DNA from: a virus
IMG/VR virus record: IMGVR_UViG_3300044691_000371
Location: 1-64,000 of that record
Length of the DNA stretch: 64,000 nt
Strand: one strand, 5' to 3'
The position numbers were made by a program, and so were the translations under genes. Below the pieces are notes generated by a model that worked only from the letters and a program-made list of their open reading frames with translations, made no database searches and was not told where the DNA came from. Numbering within the stretch: position 1 is the stretch's first letter; every line of letters begins with the position of its first letter. Shown here piece by piece: positions 18,677 to 29,379 of this stretch.

Positions 18677-20171
18677 CTTTTTAAATTGGATTACATTTAA
18701 AAAACCTATATTTTCAAATGAATTAGAGGCTATTAAAGATTTAAAGTCTTATTATAAGCCTTATGAAAAGATAAATATGTTACAAGGTCAATTCAGTAAT
18801 ACAATTATCAATTATGAAGTTGGGATGTCAAAGCCAAAAACAATTCATAGGTTTTTAGAGAAATTTGGTTATTTTAAAGAAGGCGATGTTTTTATTAAAA
18901 AGTTTTCTGTTTGTAAAAAGAAAAAGCCTATTAAAAAACCTACTAAATTTTAATTAACTAACTATGCAAAAAAGAATCACACACTATTTAATTTCTGTTT
19001 GTTATCTCAAAAACAATCTTGTTAATTTTTACAACTTCATCTTAGAAAAAGATGTTTACCCATCCAGGCGTTCAATTGAAGAATATATTGGAGGTTCTGT
19101 AACAGATTCAAGTAACATTACAGTTTTAGGAATTAGCCCTCAAAATATCGATCAATATGAACAATTCAATGCGTGAAGAAATCAAAAAATGTAATCCGTG
19201 TCAATTCTATGGGTTCTTTTTTCGGGTTGAAGATTTATTCTCTGAAAAAGTAAATGACATTGAAAAAAAGCTTGATAAGGTTATGTATGAAAAAAATACA
19301 ATTGACATTCCTTATGAAGACTTAACTAATCAAAAATTTATTGAAAATGGAAAATAAGATTAAACTTACATGTGTCGGTAATACTTCGCTACTATTCATT
19401 GAAAATGAAAATGGTGAAGTCAATATAACTAAGAATAATTATCAAGATATTGCGGTGTTATCATTAGAAAATATAATTGAATTGCATGATTTCTTAAATA
19501 CCTTTAAAATACTTCAAAATGGAAAATCAATAAGATATTGTAGAACATGCCCTAAATTGTGGAATGGTAAACCTTCTTATCTTTATCTTACAAAACCAAA
19601 ACGTATTGATTAATGTTCATTTTGCAACTAAACCCACAATTGAAAGTGAAAACTCCTTTAGGTTTCGGCTGGACTTTCTTTCTCATAGATTATGGACAGG
19701 ACACAAACCCGGTTTTTGTTGTTCGTCTTGACGTTGACGGTCAAGTTAAAAACTTTGATAGTAATTCAATTCAAATCGAAGGGAATCCTATGATTGGATT
19801 GCCATTTTTAAAATAACACTTTTATTTTTATGGAATACAATACAATTATCCAAATATATGATAGGTTGGTAGACGTTTCTAATCAACTACATGATGAATG
19901 TGATTTAGATTGTACCGGCTTTGATCGTGCGCTATTTACGCTCCGTCATGCTCTTTTACAATATCAACCAATTAATCTTCACCTTTCAAATAAAAGTCTT
20001 ACACATCAATTAGAAATAGCTGAATCAAAGCTTAAAGAATGCTATTGTAAACGAGATGAAATTTTAAGAGTTAATAACGAACTTATTTCTGAAAATGAAA
20101 ATCTTAAATCTGAAATAAATTCTCTCCGTAAACTTTATCAAAAAGCTTCTGCAAACAAAATGTTAAAATAG
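18654..20171 (+). CDS. Cluster of six small hypothetical ORFs (18654, 18964, 19157, 19341, 19613, 19830)
   Basis: Tightly packed or overlapping plus-strand ORFs downstream of the HTH gene, opposite to the structural operon. Confidence 0.6.
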
Positions 20172-20342
20172 TTTGTTGCTTTAATATGAATCATCAAACA
20201 CTTTCTTTAATATTTCTATTCTTTGCTATAGTATTATATTTTGTGATTGGCAGAACGCCGGAGCCAACGTTTTGGGTAATCGTTATATTAGATGCTGCTT
20301 TATGGTGTGCATTTGTTTATTTCGCTTTCTTAAATCATTAAT

Positions 20343-21149
20343 TTATAAGCCTCCATTGCCTTTTTTCTTATCTATGATTGTAGTTAAATCATATAAAATA
20401 GTTCCGCTTCCAGTTACTGTACTTGAAAATTGAATTGTGCTTCCAGCCTTTACTCTTATTAATGCTGTAGGAAAAGAATAATCATCTTTTATGTTATAAG
20501 TAGTTCCAAATGAATCTCCCATAACATAAAATGTTTTTGTTTTTGTCGCTGAATTTGTGTCAATCCATGTATATTGAACTATTATCGAATCATTACCGGT
20601 AATATTATCTATATTCAAATAAGCTCCTATTATAAATGTTCTATCTACTAAATCAGCGTTTAAATATGTTCCAGCATTGCTTAAACTTGTTGTTTCTCCC
20701 GGAAATGTTATCTCATTTGAAAGTAGTATGTCATTTAATCTTACAACATCATAAATATTAGTTGGTTGATTTAAAATTCGTAATGTATCTTGAATAAAAT
20801 TAGTTCTTAATGTTATTGGTACGCCAAATCCTCCACTTCCAGCAAATTTTGAAGTATCAAAAAAAGTAGTTAATGAATATGAAAATTGATGCATCGTTTC
20901 AGAATTAACTGGCTTTAAACTGCTATCTGATATTGAAATAGTAGGGACATTTAAAAAAAGACTATCAACTTGTGATTTTTGATACCAATAAACAAAACCA
21001 CGGTTACTACCCATGTCTGTTCTAAAATTGAATGTATCATTTGATCTTTGCAATGAATTTCCAACATTTTGCCATGATGCAATAACATATGCTCCCCATA
21101 TAATTCCAGGTAAACATAATAGTATTGGCAATAAATATTTCTTTTTCAT
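20343..21149 (-). CDS. Fibre/decoration-like protein with hydrophobic N-terminus
   Basis: MKKKYLLPILLCLPGIIWG; YQKSQVDSL and QPTNIYDVVRLNDI fibre-type motifs. Confidence 0.55.
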   Translation of the reverse strand: MKKKYLLPILLCLPGIIWGAYVIASWQNVGNSLQRSNDTFNFRTDMGSNRGFVYWYQKSQVDSLFLNVPTISISDSSLKPVNSETMHQFSYSLTTFFDTSKFAGSGGFGVPITLRTNFIQDTLRILNQPTNIYDVVRLNDILLSNEITFPGETTSLSNAGTYLNADLVDRTFIIGAYLNIDNITGNDSIIVQYTWIDTNSATKTKTFYVMGDSFGTTYNIKDDYSFPTALIRVKAGSTIQFSSTVTGSGTILYDLTTIIDKKKGNGGL

Positions 21150-22084
21150 GTTACCTTAATCAAAATATTTTGTGGATCATTTGAAGCAAAACCATAAAGC
21201 CTATTTGGACTAAATGTTTGATCGAATTGATCTGTGATTGAAACTTGATTTGATGAAGCATAAATAACGACTAATCCAATTGGTAATGTTAAAGGTAGAT
21301 ACCAACTGCCATTACTATCTTGTAGAAGATTAGTTTCATTGAAAGTAAATGTAATAGCCCCCCCGCTACCATTATTTGGCTGTGTAAACATAACTCCATT
21401 TGATATAATTGTGGTAAATATAATATCATCTTCGTTAAATTGCGTTACTTGGTCAAATGCGGTGCTATCGAAACCTATTTTAAACCCCATTATTAAACCG
21501 TCCTGATCTAAAGCGTCTGCGGCTGTTATTCCGGTTAATGTAAATTGAAACCCGTAGTTATTGAATATCGTAACCATCGCTTGCGTTAACCACGATGTGC
21601 CAACTACGTACCCATTATTTGTTGAAGTAAAATTTATTGCTTCGGCTACGCAAACAAAGAATGTTCCGGCTGTTAGTGGATTGCCGTCATAAACTATCGT
21701 TCCGTTTATGACTTGATATATTACCCCAATCTTTAGCGTGTCGCCTGGCATAGCTACGCCTTTCCCTAAAGCACCTAATGAAAAGTGTTGTCGTATTCTA
21801 TCAATAAAATTCAATAAGTCCGTAGAAAATCCTGATTGATCGTCACCATATGCGTCTGGCTCCCAATTGTATGAACCAAAATCCCATTTCCAATCGCATC
21901 TTGTAAGTCCACCTGGGTACTGCGTTGTATCTGGTGCAGCATCTAATCCTAAAAGTATAAAGTTTCCGTTATTGTCAGGAGTTTTCTTGGGCAAAAAATT
22001 AGTCTTTAATATCACTGTCGCGCCTGTACTACTTAACAAGGCTTGACATTCTTTTAAAACACTGTCTAAGATTTCTCCGATCAT
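21146..22084 (-). CDS. Putative tail terminator/neck protein with extra beta domains
   Basis: Position after the gpG-like gene; carries an insertion similar to one in the sheath. Confidence 0.5.
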   Translation of the reverse strand: MIGEILDSVLKECQALLSSTGATVILKTNFLPKKTPDNNGNFILLGLDAAPDTTQYPGGLTRCDWKWDFGSYNWEPDAYGDDQSGFSTDLLNFIDRIRQHFSLGALGKGVAMPGDTLKIGVIYQVINGTIVYDGNPLTAGTFFVCVAEAINFTSTNNGYVVGTSWLTQAMVTIFNNYGFQFTLTGITAADALDQDGLIMGFKIGFDSTAFDQVTQFNEDDIIFTTIISNGVMFTQPNNGSGGAITFTFNETNLLQDSNGSWYLPLTLPIGLVVIYASSNQVSITDQFDQTFSPNRLYGFASNDPQNILIKVT

Positions 22085-22559
22085 TTAACAAATATAGTAT
22101 TCAAAACTATATTTTTATTTATTTAAAATCGGCAATCTTTTTTAAGATAGTAATTGCCATATCCTTATCGATTTCTACAATAGGGCTTTTAGGATATAAT
22201 TCAAATGAAATGCTATTGTTACGGACTGTGAAATATAATATTTCTTCTTTTGCGTTTAAAGGCTTTTGCTCTTTGTAAATTGTTTTTACAACAACGCCGA
22301 ATTTATTTTTATATAATTTTGGTATTTCAATTTCCATTATAACAAAGTTTTTTTAGGCGAATTACTATTTTCAATCAATGAACTTAACTTCCTTAATGCG
22401 TCCCATATCTTGCCTTGTTCATATAGGCTATTTATCCTGTCTCTATTGAATAAATTTATGAAGTCTGGATACTTACCTGTCTTAATTATTTCAGTTAATT
22501 CTTGGGCAGATAATGACTGTTTTAAATTAAATGAGTTGTGCTGATTCATATTAGTGTTT

Positions 22560-22904
22560 TTAAGGACATAAACTTATTTCGTAAATTTTAAATTCTTTTA
22601 TATTGCCGTTTTCATCACGATCAATAAAACCTCCTGGTTGTGCATTTACTATAAGTCCTTCTTTATGTAAAAGGTTTAAATATTTGCTTTCATCAGTTAG
22701 CTTATGAAAAATAGGCTTAAACATTAGTCCTTTGTGACTTAATTTTACTTCTGTTACTATTCCTATTGATATTTCTTTCCAATTATGATTAAGTAATAAA
22801 ACTGGATTTAAATTAAACTTTTTAAAGTTAAAAGCTGATGGAGATATTACATCAGAACTATCCCATTTTATTTTAGGCAATTCTATTTTAATCTTTTTTT
22901 TCAT
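22560..22904 (-). CDS. Stand-alone paralogue of the prohead protease domain, probably inactive
   Basis: NPVLLLNHNW, P.FHKLTDES, GGF and YEISL align with the polyprotein N-terminus; KACSIGG is replaced by VNAQPGG. Confidence 0.75.
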   Translation of the reverse strand: MKKKIKIELPKIKWDSSDVISPSAFNFKKFNLNPVLLLNHNWKEISIGIVTEVKLSHKGLMFKPIFHKLTDESKYLNLLHKEGLIVNAQPGGFIDRDENGNIKEFKIYEISLCP

Positions 22905-22920
22905 AATTCAAAGTTAAATA

Positions 22921-23547
22921 TTATTTTGAAAATGCCTTCATTGCTTTTTTTGTTTCGAAATCTAATTTACGCTTAATTGCATTTATCATCTTTGGGTTAG
23001 CCCCCTGCGATTTAGTTGGTAAATATTGACGTTTCGGCATTGACCATGAATGTTCGGCAATTGTATTTTTTTGCGCGTAATTTGCTTTTTTTGCTGTGCT
23101 AAACTTCTTATTTTTGTCGAAATGTAAAACGGCTGTTCGTTCTTTTTGATGGATAGTACCACCTTCATTATGCACTTGGGCGTAAGGCACAATTCCCAAA
23201 TCAACCCCTATAAAAACATATCCGCTCGAAACAATAAATTTAATCGAATTAAAAAGGGCTAATGATTGTCTTAAAAGTGGCTTGCTTGCGCTGTAGACTG
23301 AACCTTTATAATTACTATTCCCCCCTTTTCCCCTATTAGCTGTATATGCTTTGTTTGTGGCGTTTTTTCGTTTAGGCCAAGGTGTAACTCCGTTACCTGA
23401 ATCATATCCCGAGAGTAGGAAATTTTGCTTTACAATTTTCACACTTTCTACCCCAATAATATCAGGTGTCTTTTTCATTAAAGCATCCATTGCAGCTCTT
23501 GATTTCTGGAAGTCACGAATTAGCGCGTCTAAACTTTGCATTAACAA
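22921..23547 (-). CDS. Virion morphogenesis protein (Mu gpG / tail-S family)
   Basis: PW..RK, L....L.NSI, VPYAQVHNEGG, MPKRQYL. Confidence 0.85.
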   Translation of the reverse strand: MLMQSLDALIRDFQKSRAAMDALMKKTPDIIGVESVKIVKQNFLLSGYDSGNGVTPWPKRKNATNKAYTANRGKGGNSNYKGSVYSASKPLLRQSLALFNSIKFIVSSGYVFIGVDLGIVPYAQVHNEGGTIHQKERTAVLHFDKNKKFSTAKKANYAQKNTIAEHSWSMPKRQYLPTKSQGANPKMINAIKRKLDFETKKAMKAFSK

Positions 23548-23640
23548 ATATAATTATTTTACTATATTTGAACTGTGTGATTATTACTTAGGTTTTTTAT
23601 TTGAGCGGCTACTATTAGATAAAACTAAAGTAGCCGTTTT

Positions 23641-25236
23641 TTATTTCTTCAAACTTTTATAATAGTTAAATCCCCTATTTAAGTAATAAGGAAAATTAAT
23701 CATAGGATGTATCATTTCGGCTGTAGCATTTTCAATATGTTTAGTCGTTAATTTTTTAGGTTCAATTACCGATACATTATGATCTATGCAATGAATTTTA
23801 ACTCTATTGTAATCTTCAATTGCTGTCATTTTCATTATTCCAAAATGACCTTTAAGTAATCCATGCATACTCATACTTTCATTCAATTAAACTTTCTGGT
23901 CTATCAATATCAACGTTAAAATTTGAGTAGTCGTTTCCCTCTGCGTTTGAAATTCTCATTGGCCTTTTTGCTTTCCTCCAAAAGTCGTCACTCCATTCCT
24001 GTAAGATAACTTTTTCTTCATCTGTTATTAGTTCATCATTGTAGACCTTTAGAAGTATGTGGTTTTGTTGTGGTGTCATTTTTAATCGTTGCTATCAAAG
24101 ATATATTTTTCTGCTATCTCTAAAACAGTTCTTACTTTTTTAAGGTCAAATTGAAATCTTGTGGTAAAACGCTATCATCTTCGCCGGTTATTGTAACATA
24201 ATTTATCATTTGTGCTATTTAAAAAGTGAATTAAATTCTTGAATTGTTTTAACTGTTCCATTCATACGCTTAACAATATCACCAGTTAGGCATATTGTGA
24301 GTTTATCGGCATCCTTCTTACTTATTTCAGCGAACATTGCTTCTTTTATAAAGAGATTTACAATGCTATTATTGCCTAAAACTGTTAAATCTGCGTATGC
24401 TTTTTGTAAAATCCAACCTCTGAACTTTGTTCTTATGTCAGATAGGTAAACTGAAAATTCATGATTTTTACCTATTTTAAATTTGAATGTAGGATTTGGT
24501 AAATCTTTTTTAGGGTCAAAATCCATTACTGTTACTTTCATCTTTTTATTCTTTTTGTATATAAATATCCATTAAACTCTTTCCAATTCTTAAACAAGCT
24601 ACTTTTGAAAAAGTAGATGTATTTTTCACTGAAAATTATACGGTATTTATTCATCTCTTAAACAGCTTGCATAACCTCTATTCGAACACATTGCCTCAAT
24701 AATATCATCCCTCAACCGTGCTTGATATTTTTCGGCTGTTTCGCCCTCACGTTGCTTTAAATCTTCGTTTCTTTCACTTGAAACAACGTGACTATTGAAC
24801 AATTGCAAGACGTAATTTGCACCAATCATGAAGCAATCGTGATCGCTCAATACTTTTCTTTCGTCGTATTGGTGCTTTTCATAAAAATCTCCTATCTGAT
24901 TTTCAGCATTTAGATAGGCGTTCTTTAGGAATTTTTGATTAGTTGTCATTACGCGGCGATTTTAGATTTAATAAAAGTCATTTGATTTTTTGTGAACTTA
25001 TCGCCGAAAAGAAATTGTGCAAGTCCGTTTATACCGTGTTCTTTGCAAAACTTAATAGTATCTAAAACCCTACGTGTTACGGTAGCGGCTTCGCCCTCTA
25101 CATGAAAGGATACGAAGTCAGGGTCATTATCAATGATGTCATAAAGTGCTTGTGTATCGAAGTTGTTATCTATGATAACGTTTTCAGTATAGTTTTTGTA
25201 AGTGATAACTCCGATTTGTGATACTTGATTTTTCAT
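23641..25236 (-). CDS. Cassette of small hypothetical ORFs behind the 25273-25303 promoter (first start ATG 25236)
   Basis: ORFs 24949, 24647, 24215, 23879, 23641 are closely packed. The track's start at 25302 lies inside the promoter. Confidence 0.6.
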
Positions 25237-25272
25237 TTTTTGATACGTTTTAGCTTGTCTTAATTGACATAT

Positions 25273-25303
25273 CAAATATACACATTGTTTTTGTATTTGC
25301 AAA
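25273..25303 (-). promoter_or_regulatory. Sigma70-type promoter
   Basis: TTTG-19 nt-TATATTTG. Confidence 0.8.
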
Positions 25304-25321
25304 CTTTATTTCAAAATAATT

Positions 25322-25687
25322 TCACAGAACAATAACCCCTACTCTGTACTTTGAAATATTTTCGGTTGCAAAGGCATTAGTTACCTCTCCGTTTAATGTG
25401 CTGACTACATAGCCGTCTCTAATATAGTTCCTGTAAACGTCTGTTTGCTTTTTGGGGTCTTTCCAGTACGACCAACACTCTTGAGGATGCATAATAGTAT
25501 CCGGTATTTTTTCGAAGTCTTTGAGGTTGTTTCGTACAGCGTGGAAACTTTTTGAGGTAAATTTTACGTTTGTTAGAAGTTTAGCACATTGAAATATTAT
25601 CGTGCCTTTTATGTCGCTGTGGTATTGGTGTTGCCAAATATGGTACTCTTCGATGAAGTGGTGAAGTTTGTTTTTATTTACGCTCAT
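25322..25687 (-). CDS. Putative PBECR2-type (Barnase/EndoU/ColE5/RelE-like) nuclease domain
   Basis: IPDTIMHPQECW...RNYI...terminal YRVGVIV resembles the I..T+..P.E.W...Y+...R.G.+ pattern of MuF-associated PBECR2. Confidence 0.5.
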   Translation of the reverse strand: MSVNKNKLHHFIEEYHIWQHQYHSDIKGTIIFQCAKLLTNVKFTSKSFHAVRNNLKDFEKIPDTIMHPQECWSYWKDPKKQTDVYRNYIRDGYVVSTLNGEVTNAFATENISKYRVGVIVL

Positions 25688-26244
25688 GGTTTAATTATGT
25701 TTAATTTAGCAAACTCTTTATATAGTTTTAAAGCTTCTTTATTATATGCCAATGCAGCCTCTTTTTCGGTTTTGAAATATCCTATATGTTTGCCTAAAAT
25801 TGATGATTCCCATGTAGGATATTCCTTAGTTATAACAGTTCCATCTTTTAATATCCATTTTGTTTTTTTCTTATTTAAGTGAACTCCTTTATATTCAGAT
25901 GTTGTGTTTTTATTTGCATTTCTATTCCGATTATTTTCGCTCTTTGTTGCTGCTCTTAAATTTTCAATTCGGTCATTTAATGGATTTCTATCAATATGAT
26001 CTACAAACTCTGGCATGTATCCGTGATGATAAAGGAAAATCAATCGAGAAGTTAAATATCTTTTCCCATATATACTAACTCTGTATCTTTTAGCATTGTA
26101 ATAAACACATATACATCCAAGTCTTTTGCCTATTTTAACATATGGATTTATTTTTTTCTTCCAATATAAATATCCGTCTTTATATTCAGTATATTTAAGT
26201 AATACTTGTTGTGTTAATTGAGGTTTTTCTTTTAAATTTGTCAT
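25684..26244 (-). CDS. HNH homing endonuclease with AP2 domain
   Basis: VDHIDRNPLNDRIENLR...ENNRN; clear paralogue of 7213-7773. Confidence 0.9.
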   Translation of the reverse strand: MTNLKEKPQLTQQVLLKYTEYKDGYLYWKKKINPYVKIGKRLGCICVYYNAKRYRVSIYGKRYLTSRLIFLYHHGYMPEFVDHIDRNPLNDRIENLRAATKSENNRNRNANKNTTSEYKGVHLNKKKTKWILKDGTVITKEYPTWESSILGKHIGYFKTEKEAALAYNKEALKLYKEFAKLNIIKP

Positions 26245-26309
26245 ACTTTTTAAATGTTTTGCGACATAAAAGTATGAAAATCCGGCGATTATATCAAAGG
26301 ATTTTTGTT

Positions 26310-27158
26310 TTAATCTATATTAAAAATATCTCCATTCGCTTCATTTGCACTCGATAAAGCCTGAAAATAGCTATGCCCTTGACGTGGTAAAATTCCCTGA
26401 TTTGCACTATTAAACCTGAATTGAGGGTCTACATGCTCTAATGATACTTTTGCTTCTTCGTTTGTTAAAACAGATTTCCCATTGTCTTCAAGGTACTGAT
26501 CGTCCACTTGTTCGCTTCCGCAATCGCAATTAAATCCATTTTTTGGGTGACAATCGTCCCCTTCTGGATCTCCTATTCGATAGATATTACCAACCAATTC
26601 AAGGTGTTCGATTCTCGGATTTGCTGAATTTGTTTCTAAATATATCCAATAAGGGTATAACTCTTTATTTTCACGATATGATATAAATTGTTGACCTGTT
26701 ATTGCTAATCCTATAGCCGTATCGTATTCTATACGAAGCCATGTTTCTTGAAATATATTTACTACTTCTTTACAATCTCTTTTATATTGGCTAAACCCCT
26801 TACGAACGCCGTCTTCATTGAACAACAATTCTTTCATCATTTTATTTTCAGCAACGCTCTTACTCGCTGAAAATTGGGTTGAGTTCAATAAATAACGCTC
26901 ATATAATGAGGTATCACGAAATAAGTCGAAATCTGATTTGATTTTAGTTTCGTCTTTCAGAATATCGAAAAAGGTATTTGCATATTCTTTGAAAGTAGGC
27001 AGGTATATCCCTGTGCCTCCATCAAATACGAATTTGGCTTCGTCATCTGATTTTTCTGAAAGCCTGTCAATTGTATGATCTATTTTGGCCTTTTGTTTCT
27101 TGGTCGGTTTCCTCGGTTTAGAATCAAGGTTGACGTATTCACTACCTAAAAAAATCAG
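26310..27158 (-). CDS. MuF / SPP1 gp7-like head morphogenesis protein, probably reached by frameshift from portal
   Basis: WLRIEYDTA, YPYWIY, R.EH..L.G, P.NGFNCDC, F.FN motifs. The frame stays open 90 codons upstream of the TTG at 26888 with no ATG. Confidence 0.8.
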   Translation of the reverse strand: MIFLGSEYVNLDSKPRKPTKKQKAKIDHTIDRLSEKSDDEAKFVFDGGTGIYLPTFKEYANTFFDILKDETKIKSDFDLFRDTSLYERYLLNSTQFSASKSVAENKMMKELLFNEDGVRKGFSQYKRDCKEVVNIFQETWLRIEYDTAIGLAITGQQFISYRENKELYPYWIYLETNSANPRIEHLELVGNIYRIGDPEGDDCHPKNGFNCDCGSEQVDDQYLEDNGKSVLTNEEAKVSLEHVDPQFRFNSANQGILPRQGHSYFQALSSANEANGDIFNID

Positions 27159-28588
27159 TTTTTTTTTAAAGCCATCTGAAAAGTAGCATCCGGCTTTACC
27201 AATTTATCCTGCGTTGGTTGTGGCATTGGCTCAAAGAAATCGGGCATCATTCCGTTCTGCTCAAAAAACCCTGGAGTTAACCTGTAACCGTTAGCGTTAA
27301 GGGTCGCCCCCATTACTTGAATGTCAGCTATGGTTAACTGTTTTGGCCTGTAAGCAAACCACCATTTATCTGGATTAGGAATGTTTTTATAGAACTTTGC
27401 TATTTTTATTTTAAAGCCTTTTATGTTGTTTAAAGTCGCTAATATGTAAGGCATTAATTCGGCAACCCTATCATCCAGTGTACGTTCTTCGACCTCTCCT
27501 AAAGCTCTATTACCACCTTTACCGCTTGATTGAGTTAATGAACGACCGAAAACCATTTCCTGAATTTCGCCCTTTTGTTCTTGATTAAACTCTTGATAAA
27601 TTTTATGTAAACTTCCTGTCGCGCCTGTCTTTTCAAATTCTAATTCGATTGACTTTTGCATTTGCCCATCATTATCTAAAGTATATGGGTAAACTAATCC
27701 CTCTTTTGGATTAAGGTTTGAAGCTAATGCAACTGCATCATTTTTGTAATTATTCTTTGGTTGACCGTTTGCATCTAAACTTCCGTCATCTTGTGGGTAA
27801 CCGATTGTAAGGAATGGGAACGCTGTTCTCCGGCCTGCTGCAATCCAGTTGTTATTATTTTCGTTCATTTCCACATAGCTATAGGCTATAGCTTGCATCC
27901 ACCCTAAAAAGTCTTCGTAATTATCAGATGGTTGAACGAATAAAAGATTGTCGTTTTCTTCAAACAATGCCCCGTCATAAAAACTGAATGTATTGGCTTT
28001 TAACATCCTATTTATCGGGTCAATCTGCTGCATTGGGTATTTGTAGCATTCTTCATTCACTGGGTCAAAGTTCAAACCGCTGAATCCCCAGAAGTACGAA
28101 TAAAGAATTTCGCGCCTCATTTTTATTTGCCACTGCTTGCTGCAAAGTTCTTCTGAAAGGTCTGGTATTTCTTCTCCGTTTTCATCAACAATGTAGAATG
28201 GTACCCTGTCCATGGCTGCACCAAGCTTTAGAAACAACGATCTTACAAATGGTGACTTCTCATATACCCAACTTGTTAAAGTCGCGTATAATTGAGTATA
28301 ACCCATTTTAACGGCTTGGTCAGATGCTTCTCTCACGCGGGTTGTATCCCAAGCCACATAATATTGACTTGGGTAGACCCATGACCCTACATTTTGACCG
28401 CTTTGTTTTGGAATAAAGAAAGGGTTTACTATTGGCGAACCGCTTGCTGTTCGTGTTCCAGGCTGTACAGTACCAAAGCCACCCCCACCGGGTGCTTTAC
28501 CTGTTACACCAACGCCTGTAGTATTTCCAAATGGCCCGCTGAATGGCCCCTGATTTGCTAATTTTGATGGTCTTCCCCTCTTTGCCAT
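27155..28588 (-). CDS. Portal protein (Mu gp29/DUF935-like)
   Basis: Position between TerL/gp36-like and MuF; YFWGFS, LGW....A, G..LT..G..G.RALGEV.ER. Confidence 0.8.
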   Translation of the reverse strand: MAKRGRPSKLANQGPFSGPFGNTTGVGVTGKAPGGGGFGTVQPGTRTASGSPIVNPFFIPKQSGQNVGSWVYPSQYYVAWDTTRVREASDQAVKMGYTQLYATLTSWVYEKSPFVRSLFLKLGAAMDRVPFYIVDENGEEIPDLSEELCSKQWQIKMRREILYSYFWGFSGLNFDPVNEECYKYPMQQIDPINRMLKANTFSFYDGALFEENDNLLFVQPSDNYEDFLGWMQAIAYSYVEMNENNNNWIAAGRRTAFPFLTIGYPQDDGSLDANGQPKNNYKNDAVALASNLNPKEGLVYPYTLDNDGQMQKSIELEFEKTGATGSLHKIYQEFNQEQKGEIQEMVFGRSLTQSSGKGGNRALGEVEERTLDDRVAELMPYILATLNNIKGFKIKIAKFYKNIPNPDKWWFAYRPKQLTIADIQVMGATLNANGYRLTPGFFEQNGMMPDFFEPMPQPTQDKLVKPDATFQMALKKN

Positions 28589-28938
28589 TATGAATTATCC
28601 GCCTCGCTTTGCTCTTTGTAATCTTTTATTAATTCAATTAAAGCATCATTATGGAATATTATTTTAACCCCATCTTTTGTTTCAATTTGAAAATTTGAAC
28701 CAACTTTTGAAGTCGTTATATCTTCTTTTCTTATGATGATTATTAAGTCCATTAGTAAATATTATCTCTACGATCTTCCCTTAATTCAATACCACAAAAA
28801 TAATCACAACAGTCTTCAATCCAATAAAATGTATTTTTACCTGTAATTATATAAACTGGTATAAATAACGCTACTGATATTAAACATACTGGAATAAAAC
28901 CTAAAGCTGCTAAAACTCTTAATATTCGTATTTTCATT

Positions 28939-29379
28939 TTATCCTATCGTTCTAAAATTCATTGGTACTGTAAAAGCACTCGATTCAACTTTGCAGTTTG
29001 CCTCGTATAATGGCAGATTGAAAGTCCCGTTTTGGGTTCTCATTATAATATCATCTGCCCAAATGTAGTTGTCTTTCGTAACCTCACCTATCCCGGCCAT
29101 ATTGCCTAAAATGTCCCTTATTGCCAGTATTGCGGTTAATTTTACAACTAATTGTTGACGTGGGCCAGAAATCATATTGAACTCTCTTTGCACATCATAT
29201 TTAGTATAAAAATAGCCTATCATTTCTGAATAGGCATTATCCGCGCCTTGTTGTATCTTTTGGTTTGATACTTCCCACTGCTTAATTAGTGTTTGATAAC
29301 TGGCATATTGTGCAAGGTCATACCCCTGCAAGTATCCCAAATTAAGTGCATCGAATTGAGCGTTAGTTAAAGTTGCCAT
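28939..29379 (-). CDS. Head-tail adaptor (Mu gp36/DUF1320-like)
   Basis: A.SE+.GY+..+YD+..EF...R...+V...+...Y..A......G pattern. Confidence 0.65.
   Translation of the reverse strand: MATLTNAQFDALNLGYLQGYDLAQYASYQTLIKQWEVSNQKIQQGADNAYSEMIGYFYTKYDVQREFNMISGPRQQLVVKLTAILAIRDILGNMAGIGEVTKDNYIWADDIIMRTQNGTFNLPLYEANCKVESSAFTVPMNFRTIG

Noticed and set aside
25684-26310. Group I intron joining MuF to the PBECR2-like ORF around the HNH gene
   Set aside because: Only about 65 nt of non-coding DNA upstream and none downstream, leaving no room for an intron core.
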